Made by a program: the position numbers and the translations under genes | Shown here: piece after piece, positions 1 through 10,137 of the stretch | Numbering within the stretch: position 1 is the stretch's first letter | How the letters are laid out: every line of letters begins with the position of its first letter | The notes under the pieces: model-generated | Seen by the model: the letters and a program-made list of their open reading frames with translations, nothing else | What the model was told of the DNA's origin: nothing | Database searches by the model: none | Source of the DNA: an uncultured delta proteobacterium | GTDB taxonomy: Bacteria; Myxococcota_A; UBA9160; SZUA-336 | Assembly (NCBI GenBank): GCA_963704165.1 | Contig: CAVPHD010000010.1 | Location: forward strand, 1-64,000 | Reading direction: 5' to 3' | Length of the DNA stretch: 64,000 nt

Positions 1-1
1 C

Positions 2-745
2 GTCACGGGCGTGCTCGACTGGGAGGCGCGTTCTTCGGGCTTGCCGGTCTCGCAGATCGCCGACAACAAGGCGGACATGGCAGCGGAGATGCACGGCGCG
101 ATCGCGGTCCTGGCCGCGCTCGTGCGACGCGGAGCGAGCGGCCGTGGCGAGCGGCTCGAGGTGCCGCTCTTCGATGCGCTGCTCGCGACCTACAGCGAGA
201 CCGCCTACGCGCTCCTGCCCGAACCCGAGCCGCGGGAGGAGTCGCGCCTCTTCGACGCCGGCGCGAACGGTTTCGTCGTGATCGCGGGTACGCCGCAGAA
301 CGCCTGGATGCGATTTCGCACGCAGCTCTCCGCGCCCGACCCGCGCCGCCCGATGCCGACGTACCCACCAAGGCGCGCCTTCGACACGCCGCGATCGAGG
401 ACTGGATGCGCTCCAGCGAAGTCCGAGCGCGATCGAGGAGCAGGTCGAGCGACGCCGGGCTCTGCCGTCGGTCTCGTCGTGACGCTGCCCGACGCGCTGC
501 ACGGTCCGATCGCGCGCGAGCGAGGCCTGCTCGTCACCGTCGACGACGGCCGCGGCGGGGTCCGCGAGGTCGTTCGCGCACCTTGGTACTTCGATGGCGA
601 AACCTGCCCGATCCGCCGCCCGGCCCCGAAGCGCGGCCAGCACAACGCCGAGGTCCTTCGCGAGCTGCTCGATCTCGACACCGAGCGGATTCGCGAGCTC
701 GAACGCGCGGGTGTGCTCGTCTCTTCGCATGCGACGTCCCAGTAG
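2..745 (+). CDS. Class III (CaiB/BaiF) CoA-transferase, C-terminal part; 5'-truncated by the window edge, with probable internal indels
   Basis: IAD..A..HGAIAVLAALVRRGASGRGERLEVPLFD and the C-terminal PAPKRGQHNAEVLRELL..L.RAGV are typical of CoA-transferase family III. Confidence 0.8.
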   Translation, partial: VTGVLDWEARSSGLPVSQIADNKADMAAEMHGAIAVLAALVRRGASGRGERLEVPLFDALLATYSETAYALLPEPEPREESRLFDAGANGFVVIAGTPQNAWMRFRTQLSAPDPRRPMPTYPPRRAFDTPRSRTGCAPAKSERDRGAGRATPGSAVGLVVTLPDALHGPIARERGLLVTVDDGRGGVREVVRAPWYFDGETCPIRRPAPKRGQHNAEVLRELLDLDTERIRELERAGVLVSSHATSQ

Positions 746-746
746 A

Positions 747-769
747 CCTATCCCCCGGGAGGGGATAGG
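747..769. promoter_or_regulatory. CsoR/RcnR-type operator (perfect inverted repeat CCTATCCCC-N5-GGGGATAGG) lying across a putative sigma70 promoter
   Basis: 9-bp perfect IR with C/G tracts at 747-755 and 761-769, directly upstream of the repressor gene. Putative -35 TAGACC 743-748, 17-bp spacer, -10 TAGGCT 766-771. Confidence 0.75.
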
Positions 770-777
770 CTGCCCGC

Positions 778-1078
778 ATGGCCAACCCACGACGCAAGTC
801 GAAGCCCCCACCCCGCCACCGCTCCCACAAGGCGGTCGTCGACCGGCTGAAGCGCGCCGAGGGTCACGTCCGGAACGTCATCTCGATGATCGAGTCCGGC
901 CGCGAATGCGTCGACGTCGCGCAGCAGCTTCACGCGGTGATCCGCGCGCTCGAGAGCGCGAAGACCACGTTGATCCACGATCACGTCGATCACTGCCTCG
1001 AGGCGGCGGTCGGACCAAGGACGGCGCAGCGAGCGCGCGGTGATCGAGCAGTTCAAGTCGATCACGCGGTACCTGTAG
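778..1078 (+). CDS. CsoR/RcnR/NreA-family metal-sensing transcriptional repressor (one frameshift near 1030)
   Basis: RLKRAEGHVRNVISMIE..ECVDVAQQLHAV..LIHDHVDHCL. The NreA-like tail VIEQFKSITRYL* is in another frame and ends at TAG 1076-1078. Confidence 0.85.
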
Positions 1079-1086
1079 GAGCCCCG

Positions 1087-2645
1087 ATGCGCGGCCACGC
1101 CCACGATGGCGAGCACGGACACACGCACTTCGTCGCCGATCCCGTGGCGGTCTCGACCGCGCGCGGCATGCGCGCGATCGCGTGGTCCTTCGCGCTGCTC
1201 GCGCTGACCGCGCTCGTCCAGCTCGCGGTCGTCTTCTTCTCCGGCAGCGTGGCGCTGTTCGCCGATGCGATCCACAACGTGGGCGACGCCGCGACGGCGC
1301 TCCCGCTCTGGGTCGCGTTCAGCTTCGCCCGCCGCGCGCCGAGCGCGCGCTTCACGTTCGGACTCGGGCGGGTCGAGGACCTCGCCGGCGTCGCGATCGT
1401 GGGCGTGATCCTGTCGAGCGCGCTGCTCGGCGGGCTGGCAGGCGCTCGAGCGCCTGCAGAACCCGCAGCCGATCGCCCAGCTCGGCGCGGTCGCGGCGGC
1501 CGGAGCGATCGGCTTTCTCGGCAACGAAGCCGTCGCGCTGCTGCGCATCCGCGTCGGGCGCGCGATCCACAGCGCCGCCCTGGTCGCGGACGGCTACCAC
1601 GCGCGCAGCGACGCGCTCACGAGCCTCGCGGTGGTCGCGGGCGCGGCGGGCGTGTGGCTCGGCTTTCCCCAGGCCGACCCGCTCGCCGGGATCGGCATCA
1701 CGCTCCTGATCCTGGTGATCGTCTGGCACTCGGGCGCGCGGTCTTCACGCGTCTGCTCGACGGCGTCGATCCCGGGATCGTCGGACGAGATCCGCCACGT
1801 CGACGAGGCAGATCCCCGAGATCCGCTCGGTCTCGGCGACCGCGCGCGCTGGCTCGGCCACCGACTCGTCGCCGAGATCGATCTCGTGATCGATCCGGAG
1901 CTTTCGATCGAACGCGGCGAGGAGATCGCGGAACGCCTTCGCGAACACGTCGGCGCGCACGTGCCTGGACTCGGATCACTGCGGGTGACGTTTGCGGGAC
2001 ACGAGCCCAAGGTGCCCGAAGCTCGCGCGCCGCTGACGACGGGCCACACGATTCGCTGGGCGCGGTTCTACGACGTTCTCGTCGCGGCGCTGACGCTCGG
2101 ACGGGAAGGCGCGCTTCGCGAAGAGGCGCTCGACCTCGCGGAGATCGCCGAGGGCGAGACCGTTCTCGATGCGGGCTGCGGCACCGGCACCTTCGCGATC
2201 GCGGCGAAGCGGCGAGTCGGCCGCTCGGGGACCGTTCACGGGATCGACGCTTCGCAAGAGATGATCGCGCGCGCGCGAGAGAAGGCGGACGACGCGCAGG
2301 TCGAGGTTCACCTCGAGACCGCAGCGCTCGAGGCCCTGCCGTATCCCGACGCGCACTTCGACGTGGTGACGACGACGCTGGTGCTTCACCACCTTCCGGT
2401 GGAGCTGCGTCGGCGTTGCCTCTCCGAGCTCGCACCGCGTGCTCCGACCCGACGGACGATTGCTCGCGATCGACCTCGGCCGCACCGGTGCACGCGGCGA
2501 AACGCTGACGCCGATCGCCCTCCTCCATGCCACCGCGCACTTCGACGTCGCCGACACGCTTCCCGAACTGCGCGCGGCCGGCTTCGAATCCGTCGAAGCC
2601 GGCGCCACCCGCTTTCGCGGACTGGGCTTCGTGCGCGCGCGCTAG
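1087..2645 (+). CDS. Cation diffusion facilitator (CDF) transporter, apparently fused to a class I SAM-dependent methyltransferase (several frameshifts)
   Basis: His-rich N-terminus, SGSVALFADAIHN, GLGRVEDLAG, ADGYHARSD, ADP, dimerisation domain (RARWLGH..EIDL). Then, in frame, VLDAGCGTG, GIDAS, LPYPDAHFDVV, LHH and the C-terminal LRPDGRLL piece. Confidence 0.75.
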
Positions 2646-4667
2646 CGCGCCGACTCGAGCTCTTGCGAGCGATTCGCGTGCGATCCGCGCGTAGGCCGAT
2701 TCCGGTGGCTCGAGCCGGACCACCTCGGAGAAGACCGCGCGCGCCTCGTCGACCCGGCCGAGCATCGCGAGCGCGCTCCCGCGATTCAGGCGTGCGGTCG
2801 GGTGCGCGGGCGCGAGCACGAGTGCGCGCTCGAGGTGGACGAGCGCCTCCGCCGGCGCACCGGACTGCAAGAGCCCCGCGCCGAGATTCGCCTCGAAGCT
2901 CGCATCGTCGGGTCGCTCGGAGAGCGCGCTGCGGTAGTGCTCGATCGCTTCGGCGCTGCGCTGGCGCGCGACGAATGCGTTTCCGAGGTCGTTGTGCGCA
3001 TCGGCGTGCCGCGGGTCGAGCGCGAGCGCGCGCTCGTAGGCGGCCATCGCCTCGTCGAGGCGTCCGAGCGAGCTGAGCGCGAGCCCGCGACTCGACGTGC
3101 GCATCCGCGATGCTCCGGGTCGGCCGCGATCACAGCGTCACAGAGCGCGAGCGCGCGCGCCGGCTCGCCCGTCTCTCGCAGCGCGTCGGCGAGGCGCACG
3201 CGGGCTTGGGGGAAGTCCGGCCGCGACGCGACCGCGCGCTCGAGCTCGGGCAGAGCCTGTCGCGGGAAGCCGCGTTCGAGCAACTCGCTCCCGACGCTGA
3301 AGTGCGTCACCGCGATGTCCGACGTCGCAGCCAGCGGCCAGTTCACGAAGATCGCGACCGGAATCCCGACGGCGGCGAGCTCGAGACCCGAGCCTCCGTG
3401 CGCGCAGCGAGTCGACGAACGCCCAGACGCCCGAGGCAGCGAAGAGCATCAGCACCGGCACGAGCGTGAAGCGGTAACGCGCAAAGACGAAGAAGAGCGC
3501 CACGCTCGCGGCCAGGAGCAAGGCCCACGACCAGAGCACCCAGAGTCGGCGGACGTCGCTTCGCGTCGCGACGACGCCGATCGCCGCGAGCGGCGCGAGC
3601 ACGCCGAAGCCGAGGATCCACTGCAGCGCGCCCAGGAGGGGTGATTGCTCCGCGTACGCCCCGATGCCTTCGGTATCCGGGAGCTCGCGCGCGTTCCAGA
3701 CCATCGCCCACTTGCGCGCGAGCAGACGCCGACCACTCGCCCGGCCGCTCGCGCGCGAATGCGAGCGCGCGATTCGCGCCAGTAGTCCGAGACCTCTGCG
3801 GGCGACAGGCTGCGGCCACTGGCCTGCTCGGCCAGCGCGCGCGCATCGTCGCGCTCGAAACGCGCGCTGCCACGCCCCGGTCGGAGCGGCTCGTAGCGAC
3901 CGGACGCTCCCGGGTGATTTCCGATCCACAGGTTCGGACCGAGTTGCGACGTCGTGAGAAGAAGGCTCCCGCCGATCGCCTGATTGCGCAGACCCACGGG
4001 GAGCAGCGGCAGCGCGAGCCCGAGCACGAGCAGGCCGAGCGCCAGCACCCGGCGCGAGGCCGCGCGGGGCGGGCCGCTCGAGGCGACGAAGATCGCCGCG
4101 AGCGGAACGAGCACGAGCGCGTTCTCGCGCACGAGAGCCAGAAGCCCGAGCGCGACTCCCGAAGCGAATGCCGCAAGCGGGCGATCCCGGTCGACCAGCC
4201 GCGCAAACGTCGAGCAGGACGATCGAAGCGAAGAAGCCGTCGAGCGCGGCCTTCTGGATCAGCCCGTCGAAGTAGATCGCGGGCGGGTAGAGAGCGAGAC
4301 CGATGCCGGCGACGATTCCCGTCCGACGGTCGAAGAACGCGGCGCCCGCGGCGGCGAGCACCGCGCACGAGCACGACCCGAGTCCCGCCTGAACGAGCCG
4401 CACGGCCCATGGCCCGTCACCGAAGAACGTCGTCAGCATGCCGAGGAAGTACGGGTAGAGCGGCGCCTGGTAGAAGACCTCGCGGCCCAGCCAGTCTCCA
4501 GCTGCGAGCGAGCGCGCCCAGGCCAGGTACGCCACCGCGTCACCCACGGGGGTGGTGAAGAGCACCGAATCGTGCCAGCTCCACAGATACGCGAGCCGGA
4601 GGGCGAGCGCGAACGCGAAGATCCCCCCGTAGGGCGCGAGCGCGCGGAGACGACTCGAGATCGGCAT
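2642..4667 (-). CDS. GT-C (PMT/ArnT, GT39-like) membrane glycosyltransferase with C-terminal TPR repeats (multiple frameshifts; 3' end approximate)
   Basis: GDA..Y..WA, FYQAPLYPYFL, GPNLWIGN, FFV.ARYR motifs, followed by TPRs (AYERALALDPRHADAHNDLG). Pieces are ORFs 3138-4667, 3449-4132, 2786-3346 and 1698-3104. Confidence 0.75.
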
Positions 4668-4720
4668 GGCGCGCTCAGGATAAGCCGGAGGATTCGCTGT
4701 GCTACGCTCCGCGAACGGCC

Positions 4721-5758
4721 ATGAGCGAGCCTGCCCCCGCGACCGAATTGCCGCTGCTCAGCGACTTCCGCGATCGCCCGCTGCGCGATCTGCGCATCTC
4801 GGTCACCGACCGCTGCAATTTCCGCTGCCCGTACTGCATGCCGGCCGAGATCTTCGGCGACCGCTACGAGTTCCTGCCCAAGCCGGAGATCCTGCTCGTT
4901 CGAGGAGATCGAGCGGCTCACCCGCATCTTCATCGCGCTGGGCGTGCGCAAGCTGCGCATCACCGGCGGCGAGCCGCTGGTGCGCGCGCAGCTTCCCGAG
5001 CTGGTCCGACGGCTCGCGACGCTCGACGGCGCGGAGGATCTCGCGCTCACGACCAACGGCTATCTGCTCGAGGATCAGGCGGAGCCGCTCGGGAAGGCCG
5101 GTCTGCGCCGCGTGACCGTGAGCCTCGACAGCCTCGACGAGAAGATCTTCGCCCGAATGAACGGCGGGCTTGCCGCTCGACCGCGTGCTCGCGCGGGATC
5201 GAGGCGGCCGAGCGTGCCGGACTCGCGCCGATCAAGCTCAACTGCGTCGTGCAGCGCGGCGTGAACGAGGACTCGCTGGTCGATCTCGTGCGCCGGTTTC
5301 GCGGCACCGGTCACGTGGTCCGCTTCATCGAGTTCATGGACGTCGGCACGCTGAATCGCTGGGACCTGTCGCAGGTCGTTACCGCGGCCGAGATCCTCGA
5401 CCGGATCGCCGCCGAGTTCCCGCTCGTTCCGCTCGAGCCGAACTACCGCGGCGAGGTCGCGAAGCGCTATCGGTTCGCGGATGGAAGCGGCGAGATCGGA
5501 ATCGTCTCCTCGGTCACGCAGCCGTTCTGCGGCGACTGCACGCGCGCGCGACTCTCGGCCGACGGGCGGCTCGTCACGTGTCTGTTCGCCGCGAGCGGCA
5601 CGGACCTGAAGTCACCGCTGCGCGCGGGCGCGAGCGACGCCGATCTCGCGCAGATCATCGGGCGCGTGTGGGGTGGCCGAAGCGACCGCTACTCCGAGGA
5701 GCGCGCGGAGCCGACGCGCGGCCGCGCGAGGATCCAGATGTACCAGATCGGCGGCTGA
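4721..5758 (+). CDS. moaA: GTP 3',8-cyclase MoaA (compensating frameshifts about 4900-5200)
   Basis: [16 protein letters not shown] radical SAM motif, [24 protein letters not shown] and C-terminal IGG. Confidence 0.95.
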   Translation: MSEPAPATELPLLSDFRDRPLRDLRISVTDRCNFRCPYCMPAEIFGDRYEFLPKPEILLVRGDRAAHPHLHRAGRAQAAHHRRRAAGARAASRAGPTARDARRRGGSRAHDQRLSARGSGGAAREGRSAPRDREPRQPRREDLRPNERRACRSTACSRGIEAAERAGLAPIKLNCVVQRGVNEDSLVDLVRRFRGTGHVVRFIEFMDVGTLNRWDLSQVVTAAEILDRIAAEFPLVPLEPNYRGEVAKRYRFADGSGEIGIVSSVTQPFCGDCTRARLSADGRLVTCLFAASGTDLKSPLRAGASDADLAQIIGRVWGGRSDRYSEERAEPTRGRARIQMYQIGG

Positions 5759-5768
5759 GCGCGCCGAG

Positions 5769-7130
5769 GTGGATTCGCGAGTTCTCGAGGTGGCGCGTGC
5801 GCTGGCGAAGGCGGGCGGTCGCGCGCTTCTCGTCGGCGGCTACGTGCGGGACCGGGCGCGTGGACTCGAGGCGCCCGAGCTCGACATGGAAATCTACGGC
5901 CTCGACCTGCCCGTGCTCGAGCGTCTGCTCGCACGCTTCGGTGAGGTGATCACGATCGGCCGCGCCTTCGGCGTGCTGCAGGTGAAGGGTCTTCCGGTGG
6001 ATTTCGCGCTGCCGCGGCTCGACTCGAAGACCGGCGCCGGCCACAAGGGCTTCGACGTGCGCTGCGATCCCGGGCTCGACTTCGCCACCGCCGCGCGAAG
6101 GCGTGACCTCACGATCAACAGCATGGGACTCGATCCGCTCACGGGCGAGCTGCTCGACCCGCACGGCGGCACGCGTGACCTCGAGCGAGGCGTGCTGCGT
6201 GCGACCGATCCCGCGCACTTCCCCGACGATCCGCTCCGCGGCCTGCGCGTGGCTCAGTTCGCCGCCCGCTTCGAGATGCATCCCGACGACGAGCTGCTGC
6301 GACTCTGCGCCGGACTCGACCTCGCCGAGCTGTCGGCCGAACGCGTGTTCGGGGAGTGGCGGAAGCTGCTGCTCAAGGGCGTGAAGCCGTCGCTCGGCAC
6401 CGAGATCCTGCGGGGCACCGGTCTCTTGCGGTTCTTCCCGGAGCTCGACGGGCTCGTCGGTGTGCCGCAGGACCCGGACTGGCACCCCGAGGGCGACTGC
6501 TGGGTGCACAACCAGATGGTCATCGACGAGGCCGCGACGCTCTGCGACGGCGGAGCCGACGACGAGGCGCTGATGTTCGGCGCGCTGCTTCACGACGTGG
6601 GTAAGCCGGCCACGACCGCGACCACCGACGGCCGCGTGCGTTCGCCGAACCACGACGTGCGCGGGGTCGAGATCGCCGCGGAGTTCCTCGCGCGCATGCG
6701 CGCCCCGAACGAGCTCGTCGTGCGCGTCGGCGCGCTGGTCGAGCATCACCTCGCACCCGCGCTCTTCGTGAAGAACTCCGCGAGCGCGAAGGGCTATCGC
6801 AGGCTCGCCCGCAAGCTCGGTGCGTCGTCGGTGACCGCCGAGCTGCTCGCACGCGTGGCGCGCGCCGACCACTTCGGGCGCACGACGGAAGAGGCGCTCC
6901 TGCGGGCCTTCCCTGCGGGCGACGAGTTCCTCGCGAAGATGCGCGAGCTCGAGATCGAGAAGTCCCCGCCACGCGACATCGTGCTCGGCCGACATCTGAT
7001 CGCGCGCGGCATGAACCCGGGCCGCGAGTTCGGGGCGATCCTCGAACGTTGCCGCGAGCTGCAGGACGAGACCGGCTGGACCGACCCCGAGCGGATCCTC
7101 ACGGCGGTGCTCGACGCGCCGCGAACCTAG
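5769..7130 (+). CDS. cca: Class II tRNA nucleotidyltransferase (CCA-adding type) with HD domain
   Basis: VGGYVRD, RRRDLTINS, DDPLR, ERVFGEW, HPEGD.W.H and LLHDVGK. GTG start at 5769. Confidence 0.88.
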   Translation: MDSRVLEVARALAKAGGRALLVGGYVRDRARGLEAPELDMEIYGLDLPVLERLLARFGEVITIGRAFGVLQVKGLPVDFALPRLDSKTGAGHKGFDVRCDPGLDFATAARRRDLTINSMGLDPLTGELLDPHGGTRDLERGVLRATDPAHFPDDPLRGLRVAQFAARFEMHPDDELLRLCAGLDLAELSAERVFGEWRKLLLKGVKPSLGTEILRGTGLLRFFPELDGLVGVPQDPDWHPEGDCWVHNQMVIDEAATLCDGGADDEALMFGALLHDVGKPATTATTDGRVRSPNHDVRGVEIAAEFLARMRAPNELVVRVGALVEHHLAPALFVKNSASAKGYRRLARKLGASSVTAELLARVARADHFGRTTEEALLRAFPAGDEFLAKMRELEIEKSPPRDIVLGRHLIARGMNPGREFGAILERCRELQDETGWTDPERILTAVLDAPRT

Positions 7131-7134
7131 CGCG

Positions 7135-9069
7135 CTAGATCCGTCCCTGGCTCTCGAGCAGGCGCACGAGGCGATCGACGCAGGCTTCCACGTCGAGCTC
7201 GTGCGTCGGCAGCACCAGATCGGGTGTGGTCGGCGCTTCGTAAGGGGCCGTGACGCCGGGGAAGAGCGGGATCTCGCCGGAATCGGCGCGCGCGTACATC
7301 CCGCCGGTCTCGCGCGTGCGGCAGACTTCGAGCGGTGCCGACAGGTGGACCTCGAGAAACTGCTCCGCGCCGATCGTCTCGCGAACGAGCTCGCGCACGC
7401 CCTCGCTCGGCGCGAGAAACGCGCAGATGCAGATCAGGCCGGATTGGTTCGCGACGCGCGCGAGCTCCGCGGCGCGTCGCAGGTTCTCCGAGCGCTCGAC
7501 CGAACTGAAGCCGAGGTCGCGGCTGATCCCGAGCCGCATGTTCTCGCCGTCGAGCACCATCACCATGCGACCCGCGTCGAAGAGCCGCCGCTCGAGCGCA
7601 TAGGCGAGGGTGGTCTTGCCCGCGCCCGTGAGGCCGGTGAGGAGCAGCGTCGTCGGCTTCTGCCCGAGTCGCTCCGCGCGCTCCTGGCTCGAGACCGGGC
7701 TCGTCTGCCGCCGCAGCAGGTCGCTCGCCGGCTCGGCCTCCCAGAACGAACGCCCGCGCTCCGGTCCCGACTGCCGCTGCAGGATCATGCCGGCGCCGAC
7801 GGTCCCGTTCGTGATGCGGTCGATCAGGATGAACGCACCGGTCGCGCGATTGCGCGCGTACGCGTCGAACGGGATCGCGCGCGCGAGCGAGATCTGGCAA
7901 CGGCCGACCTCGTTCAGCCGCAGCGACGTCGTCGGCTTCTGCTCGAGGGTGTTCACGTCCACGGCGTAGTGCAGCCGGGCGACCGATCCGCTCACCAGGC
8001 TGTGCGTGTGCTTGAAGAAGTACTGGCGATCGACGGCGAGCGGCTCCTCGGCCATCCACACGAGCATGGCCTCGAAGTCGCGCTCGATCCGCGGCAGGTT
8101 TCCCGGACGCACGAGCATGTCGCCACGCGACACGTCGATCTCGTCCTCGAGCGTGACGTTGATCGCCATCGGCGGCACCGCTTCGTCGAGATCGCCGTCG
8201 AAGGTCACGATCCGCTTCACACGGCTCGTCGTTCCGGCCGGCACGACGAGGATCTCGTCGCCCGGGTGAAGCGTTCCGGACGCGAGCGTTCCCGCGTAGC
8301 CGCGGAAATCCAGATTCGGCCGGCTCACGTATTGCACCGGGAAGCGCAGGTCTGCGAGATTCCGGTCCGCGCCCACACGCACGTTCTCGAGGTACGCGAG
8401 CAGCGGTCCGCCCTGCCACCACGGCATGTTCGCGCTCGGCTCGACGACGTTGTCGCCCTTGAGCGCCGAAATCGGCAGGAAGTGGATGTCGGGGATGTCG
8501 AGGCGTGCGGCGAACGTCTCGTAGTCGGCGCGGATCCGCTCGAAGACCTCGGCCGAGAACTCGACCAGGTCCATCTTGTTCACCGCCACGACGACGTGGC
8601 GCAGGCCGAGGAGCGCGACGATGAAGCTGTGCCGGCGGGTCTGCTGCAGCACGCCCTTTCGCGCGTCGATCAGGATCACCGCCAGATCGCAGTTCGAGGC
8701 GCCGGTCGCCATGTTCCGCGTGTACTGCTCGTGGCCCGGACAGTCCGCGATGATGAACTTGCGCTTCTCGGTCGAGAAGTACCGGTACGCCACGTCGATC
8801 GTGATGCCCTGCTCGCGCTCGGCCTTGAGCCCGTCCATCAGCAGCGCCAGATCGATCTCGCCGCCGGTCGTGCCCTCCTTCTTGGAGTCGCGCGCGACCG
8901 CAGCCAGCTGATCTTCGTACACGAGCTTGGTGTCGTGCAGGAGTCGGCCGATCAGCGTGCTCTTGCCGTCGTCGACGCTGCCACAGGTGAGCAGGCGCAG
9001 CAGCTCCTTTCTCTCGTGGCGGTCGAGGTAGGCCTCGACCTCGCCGGGCGCGAGGGAGCGGTCGAACAT
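7135..9069 (-). CDS. cysN: Sulfate adenylyltransferase subunit 1 fused to an APS-kinase(-like) domain (CysNC/NodQ type)
   Basis: CGSVDDGKSTLIGRLL, EREQGITIDVAY, DCPGHEQYTRNM and NKMD. C-terminal TGLTGAGKTT..LDGENMR..R.ENLRR. Confidence 0.95.
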   Translation of the reverse strand: MFDRSLAPGEVEAYLDRHERKELLRLLTCGSVDDGKSTLIGRLLHDTKLVYEDQLAAVARDSKKEGTTGGEIDLALLMDGLKAEREQGITIDVAYRYFSTEKRKFIIADCPGHEQYTRNMATGASNCDLAVILIDARKGVLQQTRRHSFIVALLGLRHVVVAVNKMDLVEFSAEVFERIRADYETFAARLDIPDIHFLPISALKGDNVVEPSANMPWWQGGPLLAYLENVRVGADRNLADLRFPVQYVSRPNLDFRGYAGTLASGTLHPGDEILVVPAGTTSRVKRIVTFDGDLDEAVPPMAINVTLEDEIDVSRGDMLVRPGNLPRIERDFEAMLVWMAEEPLAVDRQYFFKHTHSLVSGSVARLHYAVDVNTLEQKPTTSLRLNEVGRCQISLARAIPFDAYARNRATGAFILIDRITNGTVGAGMILQRQSGPERGRSFWEAEPASDLLRRQTSPVSSQERAERLGQKPTTLLLTGLTGAGKTTLAYALERRLFDAGRMVMVLDGENMRLGISRDLGFSSVERSENLRRAAELARVANQSGLICICAFLAPSEGVRELVRETIGAEQFLEVHLSAPLEVCRTRETGGMYARADSGEIPLFPGVTAPYEAPTTPDLVLPTHELDVEACVDRLVRLLESQGRI

Positions 9070-9072
9070 CGG

Positions 9073-9981
9073 TTAGAAGTACCCCTCGCGCTTCTTGCGC
9101 TCCATCGAGGCCTCCTCGTCGTGGTCGATCATGCGGCCCTGCCGCTCCGAGACACGCGCGAGCAGCATCTCTCCGATCACGTCGGTCAGCGTCGCGGCGT
9201 CGGATTCGATCGCGCCCGAGAGCGGGTAGCAGCCGAGGGTGCGGAACCGCACCGTGCGCGTGACCGGCATCTCGCCGGGAAGCAACCGAAAGCGCTCGTC
9301 GTCGACCATGATGATGTTTCCGTCGCGCAGGACGGTCGGGCGCGGCGCCGCGAGGTAGAGCGGCACGACGGGGATCTGCTCCCGGTGGATGTAGAGCCAG
9401 GTGTCGAGCTCGGTCCAGTTCGAGAGCGGGAAGACCCGGATCGACTCACCTTTGTGTACCCGGCCGTTGTACAGGTTCCAGAGCTCCGGTCGCTGGTTCT
9501 TCGGGTCCCACTGATGGTTGCGATCACGGAACGAGTAGACGCGCTCCTTCGCGCGGGACTTCTCCTCGTCGCGGCGGGCGCCGCCGAAGGCGGCGTCGAA
9601 GCCCCACTTCTCGAGCGCCTGAATCAGCGCGTGGGTCTTCATGATGGTCGTGTACACGTTCGAGCCGTAGTCGAACGGGTTCACGCCCTTCGCCTTCGCT
9701 TCCTCGTTCGTGTGGACCAGCAGCTCGAAGCCGTTCTCGCGGCAGTAGCGCTCGCGGAACTCGTACATCGCACGGAACTTCCAGGTCGTGTCGACGTGCA
9801 GAAGCGGGAACGGCACCCGCCCGGGGTGGAACGCCTTGCGCGCCAGGTGCGCGAGCACCGTGGAGTCCTTCCCGATCGAATACAGCATCACGGGATTGCG
9901 GAACTCGGCCGCAACCTCGCGGATGATGTGGATCGACTCCGCTTCGAGGGCCTGGAGGTGACTCAGCGTGGGTGTGGGCAT
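9073..9981 (-). CDS. cysD: Sulfate adenylyltransferase subunit 2
   Basis: [40 protein letters not shown] and [10 protein letters not shown]. Confidence 0.97.
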   Translation of the reverse strand: MPTPTLSHLQALEAESIHIIREVAAEFRNPVMLYSIGKDSTVLAHLARKAFHPGRVPFPLLHVDTTWKFRAMYEFRERYCRENGFELLVHTNEEAKAKGVNPFDYGSNVYTTIMKTHALIQALEKWGFDAAFGGARRDEEKSRAKERVYSFRDRNHQWDPKNQRPELWNLYNGRVHKGESIRVFPLSNWTELDTWLYIHREQIPVVPLYLAAPRPTVLRDGNIIMVDDERFRLLPGEMPVTRTVRFRTLGCYPLSGAIESDAATLTDVIGEMLLARVSERQGRMIDHDEEASMERKKREGYF

Positions 9982-10024
9982 GGGCCAAGCGCCCGGCAGG
10001 CCAGCGCGGCCGAGCCAAAGGGGA

Positions 10025-10100
10025 TGGAGCACGAGACCGGACTCGAACCGGCGACAACCACGTTGGCAACGTGGAGCTCTACCAACTGAGCTACTCGTGC
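10025..10100 (-). tRNA. tRNA-Gly (anticodon GCC) with encoded CCA
   Basis: Reverse complement GCACGAG-TAGCTCAGTTGGTAGAGC-T-CCACG-TTGCCAA-CGTGG..GGTTCGAGTCC..CTCGTGC-TCCA gives a 76-nt cloverleaf. It follows pgsA, as in many proteobacteria. Confidence 0.97.
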
Positions 10101-10137
10101 TCGAGAGCCGACTGTATGCGCCGGCGGCTCCCGACCG

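Noticed and set aside
778..2508. 576-aa repressor-transporter fusion in the ORF track
   Set aside because: Artefact of an indel near 1030. The natural repressor tail and stop (1078) are in another frame, and the CDF has its own ATG at 1087
7135..9981. cysD/cysNC as a PAPS source for EPS sulfation
   Set aside because: No sulfotransferase was recognised, housekeeping genes separate it from the glycan locus, and the kinase domain looks degenerate
7201..10089. 962-aa plus-strand ORF, and similar long ORFs (11056-13005, 14444-16360, 23238-26234, 27333-30749)
   Set aside because: Antisense shadows of well-supported genes. High-GC codon bias depletes stops on the opposite strand, and these ORFs carry no recognisable motifs
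10025..10100. tRNA-Gly as an integration site for an island
   Set aside because: I saw no integrase and no duplicated tRNA 3' end in the window
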